DNA of 64,000 nucleotides from Macrostomum lignano (Eukaryota): NCBI GenBank assembly GCA_002269645.1, contig NIVC01003777.1, positions 1 to 64,000 of the forward strand, read 5' to 3'. Shown piece by piece: positions 38,595 to 50,100 of this stretch (position 1 is its first letter; each line of letters starts with the position of its first letter). The notes under the pieces were generated by a model. It saw only the letters and a program-made list of their open reading frames with translations, ran no database searches and was not told where the DNA came from. The position numbers and the translations under genes were made by a program.

Positions 38595-41500
38595 TCAGTA
38601 GTAGTTAATCAGCGCGATCAACACAGTGACAGTCACCAGGAGGCTCGCAGTCGGCAGTCTCAAGCAACCTCGTTTTTCTAGGGTTGGCGGACACTCGCTG
38701 CCGCCACCGCCGTTCTCTCGCTGCAGACCCGCGGCTTGGCAGGTCAACAAGTCGCTGTCGCAGGTCACAGGCCGGCCATCGCACTGCGCCTGGTGCAGTA
38801 GCACGGACACCGAGTTGCTCGACTCCCAATCGGCTGCCGTCAGCGAGATCTGTTCAAGATCGATCGGGTTTTATGAGATTCCATTTTTAAGCATTTTGAA
38901 GCTTTACACAGCCTTACCTGAAGCAGCAAAAACATTCGCTGGTCTTCGAATAGACTATCGTGTATCTCTTGCAGCTCGCACTTCACGATGTCTCCGCTGA
39001 TGTAAACAGACGGTGTCGAGTAATTGAGACTGGAGTTCAGCTGGATGTTGCACACAGAGTCAGTGGACCTCAGCAATGGTTTTACGCTCAGGTAGACAGC
39101 CGTGCACTTGTCGGAGGAGCAGAAGATGCTCCGTTGCAGCAGCTCAACCTCGATAGGAATTTCGTCTCGCCTGGCGATCTCAAACTCGCAGCCGGGACCC
39201 CAGAATCCGTCCATGCAGGCGCATTCGCCACTTAGACACTGGCCTCTGCCTGAGCAGTTTGATGGGCACAGATCTTCAACCAGAGCCTCAATCTTGCTGG
39301 AGTTTCCCAGAACCACGGATGCATTGTAGGTCATCTCTGTGTAGCACATGCCCAGCATCGAGTTAAACAGGGACTGAGTCGAGTCGAATGTTCCAAGCAC
39401 AGTGGCATATTGAGCACATATAAGCTTAAACTGGCTGATATAATCTGCTTGACCGGTGGGATCTTTCATTTGAGCACAGATGTCAGTGCTGACAGACCTT
39501 CTCAGCTGAAGCTGCACGAACGTGTTGCAGAACTCATCTGCCTCTTTCTGCGATATTTCTCTTTTTGGGAGTTGCTGAAAGGAAACCGCGCCTTTATTTA
39601 CAGGGGCTGCTTCAGCCGTTCGTTTGTCTCTTTTGACATTATTAATTGATACGAAGCAGTTGCTCGTCAGTAATTCTTTTTTACCACACGTGCAGATGCC
39701 AAGAATTTCAGTGGGCTGGATTCGTTTAGAATAGTCTTTAATGGCGGGCATTTGAAACTGAGAAGAGAACATGTTGTCTATATTACTATCGATTGGGCCT
39801 CGATTTGATCCATAAATAAGTCCTTCCACCATGTTTGGTGTATCGTAAAATCCGGGCACAACCATCACATCCAGAGCGATTCGGCCATTTCCAACAGGAT
39901 AAAAGCTCTTTGCACAAGAAGACGCAGCTTGCATATTTGCGTTACTCATTACAAAGTTCCCAAGGCAGTCTCTTAAAGAGCCAGTCCTGAAGCCCCACAC
40001 GTAGAGAATCGTTCCATACAATTTGAAGCGGATTTTCATTGCATATCCAACGTTTTCTGCTGTCACCCCGAAAGGCAATCCGTCTCGTTCAAGTGGTAAT
40101 GTCAAATTTCGGCGACTCGAATCCCGATCTCTCGGAGGAACTTTATATGTAACTTCCGGATTTTGAATAGATCCGGTTGAACTGCTACCTCGAATCGAAA
40201 TTATGTAGTACAAATAGCGCATTGATATTTCCGTTACGTACCAGCCATCCACTTTCACTTGTATCTCATAAGGGAGGATTCTGTGAGCCAATAAGCTGTA
40301 GTAGCCATTACTAATACCGAAAGTTTCCTCGGATGTGTAGGCTGACTTTGCCGTCTTCACCTGGGGATCGGTGTAAAGATGCAAATAGGTAGTGACGTCT
40401 GTCATTAATCTTGACAAGTCAACTTTCATTTCGATATTCTGGATTTTAAGAGGGAACCAAGTACCATTGCTCAAAACAGTGAAAAGACCGTCTGCCATTG
40501 AAGCGAATGAAATATTCACTTTGATAATGCTGATCTGCTGACCCTTTGTCAAACCGAGCGGGATTCGATTGTCAGGATCATGATTGTAGAGCATCATATC
40601 GATGCACACCTTCTTGTTTTTGCGCCGGTCGTTTTTCATCGCAAATCCACAACTCAAACTTTCATTTCCATCGCGTCTTATAATAGAAACATCAATTTGA
40701 TCAGTTGAAATAATCTGCTGTCTACCCACTGAGACGAAAAACTGTACTTCTGTTAAGGCAGGAATGTTCACTGAGTCGATGCATAGAGAAGTCGGCTCAT
40801 TCGGTGTGATCACATCTCTGGCTCCTTGAAAATAGTGCTTGAAGTAAAATCCGTGACTATTCGAAACTACAGGCATGGAGTTGTACTCAGCTCCAGAGTT
40901 TCGGCATTTCGCACGACTACGACAAGTTAGTGATCCGCCATACACATTGGTTTCTCTGGCAAGTACATACTCGGACCTGCACTCAAAAGTTCGGTTTTTG
41001 CCAACCCCAATAGAGATATTATTCGAAACGCATTTCTGAATCAGCACTGACGTTCCATTTCTAAAGTTCAGCTCAAACTCTATCCGATAAAGCACTCCAT
41101 TAGCCTCGCTTGTGTTGACTTGGAAAGAAGCAAAAACGTTGCACCTAAAAAGAGCTTTGTACTGACCATTAGGTTTCACTTCATAATCTAAGCGCAACTG
41201 AGGCGCTAAAGCATTCTCGGTCAGCTTTGGCAGACACTGTGTTTGTCTGATACAGGGCTCGAACCCTGTGCCTTCCACGGAGATGAGGCCAGCGTCGCAG
41301 GGTGCCTTGCTTCCTATGCAATAGTGATTAAGAAAGCTCGGTAAAGGCTGAAGGTAGTACAGAGTCAGCTCAGAGAAGCACTTCAGAATGCGCACTGGAT
41401 AGCTTGTGTCGCCAGACAAAAAGCATGAGCCGGTCAGGTTAGGCCGATAGCGGTATGCCCTGGCTCTTAACAGGATTCTGTTGGCATTGTCTTCCTGTTT

Positions 41501-41950
41501 AATGGTTTCGTTAACAAGGAAATACGCTTGTTGACTACCGCAGGCTATGGCGCCTGTCGGACAGCCAATTACTAATTGGCCGCCAGCAGGAGATGCCAAA
41601 CGGTACCAGTCAGCTTTAATGACAGAGAAGTCCACACACGGTAGGTCTGGCGACTCTCCACAAATCATTGCATTGCCGAGCCTGTGCACTGCTTGTGAGT
41701 CGTGAATCACCTGTTTGGATTTCCAATCGGCGCACGGGTCCGAAGTCACGAACAAAGTTTCGCATCGAATGCCGTAAGAATTAGGAGTGCAGATGCACTC
41801 ATAATTAAGAGAGTCAAAAGTGCCGCCGTTCTCGCAGATGAGTGAACTGATTGATATTGAGCAGTTCAGAGCAACGACCAGAATAGACAGGCTCAAGCTG
41901 AGCATACGCTGATGTTGCATTCTGTGGACGAAAAAAAATTGATCATACAA
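38595..41950 (-). CDS. VWDE-like secreted/GPI-anchored EGF protein (~1095 aa, 2 exons)
   Basis: Signal peptide, EGF, D8C/UMOD-like Cys domain (DWYRL..CGSQQAYFL), VWD-like middle, KRDKR basic site and tenascin-type EGF CPSNCSGRGQC..C.CMDGFWGPGC. A 68-bp intron 38917-38850 (CAG/GTAAGG...ACAG) joins a last exon ending LLVTVTVLIALINYY*. Confidence 0.75.
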
Positions 41951-43922
41951 TTAAATTCCTATAGCCAAAAGCTAGCACTCTTTCCCTATACTAAATGTAC
42001 TGATCGACTACGAATTTTCAGACACTTTAGAAAGCCTGATACACTGAAAAGATCCGATGTGCATTGCTGACTTACTCTGTTGCTATCAATGTCCTTAGTT
42101 ATGACCCATTTTTTGCCATCAAGCTCCACATAAAGCAGGTGGATAAGATTAACAAAAAATTTGCTTAAAACTTAATTGAACTCAAGGCCTCTCTGATATA
42201 AAACTCACACGAGAGTCGCCTGAGAGGTTTGAAGAATAATTGATTAGTTTGCAGACAGCTACATGCTGGTTTCATCTTCAGCAAGACTGAGGAAAGGCGT
42301 ATCCGCAGTCTGCTGCTCCTTTTGATGCTCTGATACCCGGCCTAATAATCTACGAGCTAAGCTATAACTTGTGCTGCTTGTACAGTATTGATGGTCCAGG
42401 ATACCAGACATGTGCAACGCTGCAGTTTACTTACATGTACGCTTCAGTGGTGCTTTTTTCAGCTCCCGAGGGCTGTCGAGAATTGTCGAAATACCTGAAC
42501 ACGAACTGTCTGTATACAAGCGATGTCTGCGTATTTAAGCAAGAAGTTTCTTAAAATATAGCCAGAGACGCTGATTAGAGTCCCAGGGCGTGTTTTAATA
42601 CGGACTGCCGTTCCGATCTGCAAGCAGGAACAAGTCACGCGATATCAAGTCCAGACAGATAAAAAAGCGCAAGCAGACAGCTAGTCAGACTTGAGTTGAA
42701 ATTACAACTGCCCGATTAAACGTTTAAAAAGCGTTTATATTGCTTTGTGCAGGTACGAGTACACTTGCACTAATGAGTGATCGCTAGCTCTCGGTCAGGT
42801 AGGGCCCGGCACTCTGATTCCTTTGGTCCAGGTGCCTGCGCTAACACCCCCTCCCCAGTCGTCTCAGCCCCCTCCAGTTATGCGCGCCAAAGTCTAACCA
42901 AGGACCACTAGAAGTTACCGTTGCATCAGGACGTAAGACTCGCAAATAGATAAGTTTCTCAATGCGTTTACATAGGCCCGTATGTTCACTCACTTCACTC
43001 ACTAGGCCCACGGCTTTTCCACGAAAATTTCTGCGGCAGTGTTCTGTTAACCCATACTACTATTAGAAGTTAAATAAATAGTATAGCGTAGGCTAGCGTA
43101 TATAGCATAGAGTAAGATAACTCTGACAGTTAATGCTTATAAAACAATATATTGATTAAACTACTTTTCTGTTTCTGTTAAATTATTAGTTAGAAACTCT
43201 GGTCTGGCACATTTTTGCATGCTTTGTTGAATTAGTAATAGTATGTCTACATAAAATCATAGCAAGTTTTAAGCGAGTTTGCAAGTTTAAGCGAGTTAAG
43301 CCTGATTGGTTGCCCTCTCTACCCCGTCTCTAGGCTTGCGCCTTGTCGTGTTTTGGTGTTTCTTAGCCAATCATAGATACAGCCAATTGTTGCCGAGTTC
43401 GAGACCCTTACAGAACTCTCTTCCTCTATTCATGCACATCGATTCCCATGTGCTTCAGCGAGTTAACTTCAAGCTGCATCAGCTCTATAAAGCTTTTAAC
43501 TCGTAATTTCTGGCATCCTGGTATACTCGTATCTGGCAATTGAGAGAGATGATTCTTTCATTGGCTTTCGTCCAATTAATAAATGTGAAGCCTTCATAGT
43601 TTTTGCAACAAAACTATATCATTCATGCTCATTAAAAATAGTTCTCAAGAAAATCTAAGAACACAAAGAAAACCACTTGTTAGCCAAAATACCAATTGTA
43701 TGCTTAATCATACTCGCGCAATGTCGTGTGGCATGACTAACGGGTCCGAAATTATCTGGAGAGATTAGATAGTTGAGCAGGCATATTTGCTGCCGAATTT
43801 TACCAACAGTGCTGATGCTAGCAAATTTAATAAGAAAATAATCACCGACTAATGAATACCTGACCCAAGTACTCAAGCAGCCTAAAATCAAGGCCTCAAA
43901 TAATCTCTAAGTAAATCAATAG

Positions 43923-44210
43923 CAGGCGCGTCGGCGCCAGGGGGGACAGGGGGGACATGCCCCCCAGTAAAAGCTTTGGGGGGGCATGCCAATGCTTTGT
44001 CCCCTCCACACCACCTTGTGAGTCGTTGTGGTAAACAATAATTTTTCTTCAAGGCGCCAAAATATAGCGCTTTCGGCGCCAAAATGAGTGCCTGCGGCGC
44101 TAAAATGAGTGCCTGCGGTGCGCTGCCAAAATGAGTGCCAAAATTTAGTTATGTACATGTTGAATTCTTGGCTTTGTCCCCCCAACATAAAATCCATGGC
44201 GACGCCCCTG
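43923..44210 (-). mobile_element. hAT-like MITE with perfect 8-bp TSD
   Basis: CAGGCGCGTCG...CGACGCCCCTG termini; ATCAATAG at 43915-43922 and 44211-44218. Confidence 0.9.
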
Positions 44211-45363
44211 ATCAATAGCATGAAATATTCGTAGCTAACTTGAAAATATCTGATGGTACGTACATGTGGTGTCTGATAGTATCGAGCCAGCATATGCGGT
44301 AAAAACTATGAAAGCACATGACGGCATGTCCTTGATGTCCAATCGCTCCTTCGAGTTGCAGCTCATGCTTCTGTTGTGCCCGGGTGCACTTGAGCCGATG
44401 GGCAATCTTTGACTCTCAGTCAGATGCGCCGGGCAATATACGCTAACCCCTCCCCCCATTCTGTCTGTCCCGACCTTCCGATTGGCTCCCCCATTATTGC
44501 AGCCGCTTACGCGCAACCCCTGGGTCATAAGTCATCTGCGTCACCCAGTGTTACCACCAAAAACAGACAGCCAAGCTGTCACTCCTGGGGGTCATACGAG
44601 GTATATTGTAGTAAAAGAGCGATTAGACCGCGAGAGATCAGGCCTGAGTGAATGAGGGACAGTCGAGTGTTAATATCAGTAATCTAAGTTCTAACAACTG
44701 CCAACTTATTCCGTCAAGTGGGGTGGTAGAAAGAGCCTGAGCATCATCGTTTTTCATTCCGAAAATTCAATTCCGACATTTTTCAATTGTTGGAACTGAT
44801 TGACTTTTGTCGGAAATGTATGCAAAGTGTCGATTCTGAATCGCAGCTTGTCGAAACTGCTTGAACACCGAAGCTGTCACAACCAAAAAGTGTCGGGAAT
44901 CGGATGCCAGAATATTAAAATTGGTTGCAGCTACTTCAAAACCTCCGCTCCAGTTCCGAAGCCGGTGTGACCGGACACTGCTCACTGTTCACTCAAAAAA
45001 AGCCTTTCAAACGCCAAGCTGATTTCAGGCAAATGGGAATTCTACACGAGGGAAACTACTGCAATAGAGAAGCTAAAAACATTGTGGAACAATGACATCT
45101 GTGCCAGTCTAAACAGCATAACATTGTTAGTGTGGTATTCAATAAAATGAATATCAATTATTGCCAATTAATTGCAGTTAACGCAAACAGCAGCATCAGC
45201 AACTCTGCTCTCATTGAAATCGTTAACAGAGACAGATGCGTGGATCCCAGGCTGATAAGGCTGTGAATTCAGCTCCTATATGAATGCGAGCGGCAACGCC
45301 AACAGCTCTCGAAGGTTCACATTATCACCAATTCTGACTTAATTGCAAAATCAACATTGCGAA

Positions 45364-46130
45364 ATGGTAAGTAACCAGTATTTGTAGTTGTTTCATAGTG
45401 CCACTTCACGCATCCTGCTTAACACCGAAATTAGCATTGATGGACAGGCTATTCAAAGCTCCTGTCTGCTAACCTCCACTCGTGATCATCTGTGAGCTGC
45501 TACCTGTCTCCCCCGATCCTTAATAGATGCTACCTGTCTCCCCCGATCCTTAATAGATGCTACCTGTCTCCCCCGATCCTTAATAGATGCTACCTGTCTC
45601 CCCCGATTCTTAATAGATGCTACCTGTCTCCCCCGATCCTTCAGTGAGCCATCGCTACCTGTCTCCCCCGATCCTTCAGTGAGCTATCGCTACCTGTCTC
45701 CCCCGATCCTTCAGTGAGCCATCGCTACCTGTCTCCCCCGATCCTTCAGTGAGCCACTACCCTGTTCACCAAGTGGATGCCTCTGCAACCAAGACCCATC
45801 AATGCTAGTTAAGGAAGCCTTATTGAACCCCCGGCCATCCCGCAGCTGAAGCTCGCCATCCTCGCTTGCCTGCTGGCCGCCGCCGCAGCCTCTAGCTACA
45901 CGCTGGAGCAGAAGTACGAAGTCTACGACGCTGTGCTGCACGAGGCCCTGCCGGCCCTGTCGGTTGACTGGAACTGCGTGCTCAGCGCCGGCGCCTCCAG
46001 CGCCTCCTGCGTTCTGAGCGCCCTCCTTGGCTGCGGCGTTGGCAGCTCCGACCTCAGCTCGATTGTCAAGTGCCTAGTGAGCAAGTGCGGCGGCCGTCTG
46101 GCCGAGATGCTGGGCTGCATCAGCCTCTGA
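45364..46130 (+). CDS. Secreted 95-aa precursor with a six-Cys C-terminal peptide
   Basis: ATG-only first coding exon 45364-45366 followed by GTAAGT; exon 45846-46130 after CGCAG. Reads MLKLAILACLLAAAAASS signal, an acidic pro-like region, then C-x10-C-x7-C-x12-C-x4-C-x9-C. TATA-like CTATATGA at ~45277. Confidence 0.75.
45497..45755. repeat. ~30-bp minisatellite in the peptide gene intron, inverse relative of the 33648-35418 array
   Basis: GCTACCTGTCTCCCCCGATCCTTAATAGAT units. Confidence 0.9.
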
Positions 46131-46374
46131 GCTGCTACCGGACAGGTGTGGGACATTCTCCTGGAAGAGAACTTTTCGCGTTCATTTGAGCCGTTGAGAA
46201 ATATACGCTATGCAGGCTGTAATCACTTTGAGAGTTAAAATCAATGGCTTCATTTCTTTTATTTATACCTTTTACTAACATCTCGGTGGAGTGGCTTACC
46301 GGTGATTTTCCAGTAATTTTACTCAACAAATGTAGCGCCAAGTTTTTGGGGGGAAGATTCTTGGCCTAAGATTC

Positions 46375-46650
46375 TCTAGGGGTGAGATTCTCCGGGAGGA
46401 GATTGCATAGAGGTGAGATTTTCTAAGGTAAGATTATCTGTGTGAGATTCTCCGGGGTGAGATTAACTAGGTGTGAGATTCTCTGAGGTGGGATTATCTG
46501 GCTAAGATTGGCTAGGGTTGAGATTCTCTGGGAGTGAGTTTCTCAGGGGTGAGATCCTCTCAGGATGAGCTTATCTAAGGGTGAGCTTCTCGAAGGATGA
46601 GACTCTCTGGGGTGAGATTCTCAGGGGAGAGATTCTCTAGGAATAATTCG
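46375..46650. repeat. Degenerate GGTGAGATTCTC-based repeat
   Basis: More than a dozen diverged GAGATTCTC-like units. Confidence 0.75.
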
Positions 46651-47134
46651 GTATGAGAGTTCCTGGATGAGATTTTTGGTCATGAGGCTCTCATGGATGA
46701 TACATCCATAATGCGTTTTTATGACAAAAATTTTTGATCGGAATTCTTATAGTTGAGGCAAATCAATTTCGAGCTTAGCAGTACTTAAAGCACTAATGAG
46801 TGACGAGTTTCGGACCCAATCGACGATACGTAGCGTAAAAAAACTTTTTAAAGCGGAGCTACACAGAAAAGTCATTATTAAGCCAGCCAGGATAGCCAGC
46901 ATTCATACGTAATAAACGGTGCAGTAAAGGCAAATATTTGCTCAGAGAGCCCAGATGCAGTTGCTGGGAACTGATATTAACACTCGGCTGTCTCTCATTC
47001 ACTCAGGCTTAATCTCTCGCGGTCCAATCGCTCTTTTACTACATTATCTATCGCTCGTATAATCCCCAGGAGTGACAGATTGGCTGTCTGTGCAATCGCA
47101 CTGACTGAGACCCGAGGTCCATCTGTGAATAGGC

Positions 47135-50100
47135 ATGACAACCCAGCCTCTTTGTAGCCTCATCTTACCGGCTGCAGCGCTGCTGTCGCTGGCGATGCCG
47201 TCCGCCTTAGCGGAGCTGACGCCATCACTTGAGCAGGCGCTGATAACGCGACTTGGGCTGCTGGGCCAGTCGGCCGGGGACGGAAGCTACTCACCGGCTG
47301 TCCGGCCGAAGCCGGACAATGGCTCGGCCAACACCGTCATAGTGCAGGCAATTATGTCCGCCTTGGCCGCTGTGGTGAGGAGCTGGGCTTGGGATCGGAA
47401 TTTAAACAGCAAATATTTTAGTGTCCGAAACTCCAACACCGATCTCTAGTGTCCGAAACTCCAACACCGATCTCTAGTGTCCGAAACTCCAACACCGATA
47501 TCTAGTGTCCGAAACTCCAACACCGATATCTAGTGTCCGAAACTCCAACACCGATATCTAGTGTCCGAAACTCCAACACCGATCTCTAGTGTCCGAAACT
47601 CCAACACCGATCTCTAGTGTCCGAAACTCCAACACCGATCTCTAGTGTCCGAAACTCCAACACCGATATCTAGTGTCCGAAACTCCAACACCGATATCTA
47701 GTGTCCGAAACTCCAACACCGATATCTAGTGTCCGAAACTCCAACACCGATATCTAGTGTCCGAAACTCCAACACCGATATCTAGTGTCCGAAACTCCAA
47801 CACCGATATCTAGTGTCCGAAACTCCAACACCGATATCTAGTGTCCGGAACTCCAACACCGATATCTAGTGTCCGAAATTGCAACACTGATTTCAAGGGT
47901 CCAAAGCTAAAAAACTGATCCTTAGTGTCCGTAAACTCCTACACCGATTTCTGGTGTTCAATAGTCTAACACTGATCTGTAAGTCTAGTGTCCGAAAATT
48001 CACCACTGATTTCTAGTGTTTGGAGTCCAAATGTCTAACATTGGTGTCCGAATACTGACCATTTGCTTTGTATAATGTCTTGTAACTCTAGAAGCAGTCT
48101 GCTTGGGTTCAGCAAGTCGCAATTGTTTACCAGACAAATTTTGTTCGGCCTCAAATTTAAGACTTCAAATTGGTTACTGGGGAGCCTCATTGTTTCAGGA
48201 CTCAACAGTGCAGGAGTTGACCTTGCAGGTGTGGCTTACTCTGGTGAGCTAATGAATATTCAATTCGCTGCTGCTGCTCCGTATGAAAATTTACTTGAAA
48301 ATTCAAATCTCAAAACTACAGGTCTGGAACGACAATCGTCTGGCTTGGCGGGGACGATTCAACTCCAGCTTTGACAGCATCGGAACCGTGTTTGCACCTG
48401 CGGAGCTCGTCTGGCAGCCGGACGTGTCCTTCTTAGACAGGTGGAAATTTTTTCTAGAGATGCATATCCAATTGTTATGTCTTCTTTTACACCGAAGAAA
48501 GACGGAAGATAGTGTTTGAGCGTTTGCGAGCTTATGCCACTCGAGAGCATAGCCGTTTCAGAAACTTAATATATTTCTTTGGCTCGCGAGCCGTCTCAAG
48601 CATTTAATACTGTACCGAGTATCTAGAGTTTCAACCCTAGACACTTTAGAAGCAGAAAGCAAACGAGGCCGAAGTCTATAAGAAGTCAGAAGTCACGTCA
48701 CAACATCCCTCTTCCTTTCAATCTTGAGCCTGATACCTCTCCGGCGGTCTTCGCGTTCGCTGAGGGTATCTGCGATCCGCCATCGGTTGATCCTCAGCAC
48801 TTGGAGGTTCTCTCACTGTCTCATTCGTTGCCTCGGCTCTGTCCCTGACATGGTCACGGTGCACGACCAGATCTCGTCCTTGCTCGTCCCGCACTCGTCT
48901 CAACTGTTCGCCGACAGCTTCGCGCAGCACTCCTTCCCTCCACTCCTTGTTAAACGGATCCTGGACCCAGACTGGGCTGTAGGCTTGGTCAATCCGCTTG
49001 TCTTGAAAGGACCGACGGTGCAGCAGTGAGAGTCTCGTGTTGAACTCGCGCCCAAACATTTCTCGGCACGGCGCGACTCCGTTGGCTCTTGGACAGACTC
49101 GCACCGCGTACAAAGCCTGTTGCATCCGAACCTCCGGATCTGGGTCATTCAGCTGCTTCAGCTTGGTCTTCAGCTTTTTCACTGCAGCCTCTGCTACGCC
49201 ATTTGATGCGGGGAGACTTCAGGTGTAACACTCCCATCCGCTTCAGCCAGGCCTCCGTCTCATGCGCCACAAACTGTCGTCCGTTGTCAGTCACTAGTAC
49301 ATCTGGGATGCCAAAGTTGCAAAATGTTCTGCGGAGTACTCTGATGACCGACGTTGCATCGATTTCGCGCACCCATTCGGCAGCGATGAATCCCGTCTTG
49401 GCGTCTGAAACCACCAGAAAGTTGCTTCCATCCAGTTGTCCCAGGTCAGCGTGCACTCGGCACCAAGCCTCCTTTGGTACTGGCCATGGTTTGAGCACCG
49501 ATTTCTGGGATGGTCTCATGCGCTGGCACGTGTGGCAATCCGAAACGCACTTTTCTATCTCTGTCTCCATTAGCGGCCACCAGACATACTGGCGGGCCCA
49601 CGCCTTCATGGCTTGCATTCCGGGATGGGAACAGTGGAGAAATTGGATGACTTGCGCTCGGAACTTCACCGGGATGACGATCCGATGGTCCAGTAGCAGT
49701 AGATGGTCGCTGCAATTCAGTCTGCACTGTACTCTTCTGTATGAGTCCGGCACGTCCTCACCAGATCGCAACCTCTGTAGAACGTCTTGGATCTCCTTGT
49801 CCTCCTTGGACGCCTGCTCCATCTGATCCTTCGTGACTGGTCCATCTTCTGACAGGGCGATGTCCACCGCAGCAACTTCGTTAACCGCTTCAGTCGCCGT
49901 TTTGTCGCTCCAGTTATTTCCGTCAGTTGGTAGTCTCGACAACGCGTCGGCATGAGGAATTTCGTGCGTTCTTTTGCCTCTGACTAGGTACTGGTACGTA
50001 GCCAGTAACTCAGCCCAGCGCTGAACTCTCTTACTTGCTCTCTCGGGCAGGTCTTTGTGTGATGCGAATAAGAATTCTAGAGGCTTGTGATCGGTCACAA

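Larger units (their letters stand above)
44562..47092. mobile_element. 2.5-kb segment bounded by ~120-bp diverged inverted repeats
   Basis: 44562-44680 is the reverse complement of ~46970-47092 (roughly 85% identity by eye); no TSD found. Confidence 0.6.

Noticed and set aside
38840-38917. ORF-track C-terminus VRLCKASK...LNRSR of the 1036-aa protein
   Set aside because: Better explained as read-through of a 68-bp GT-AG intron.
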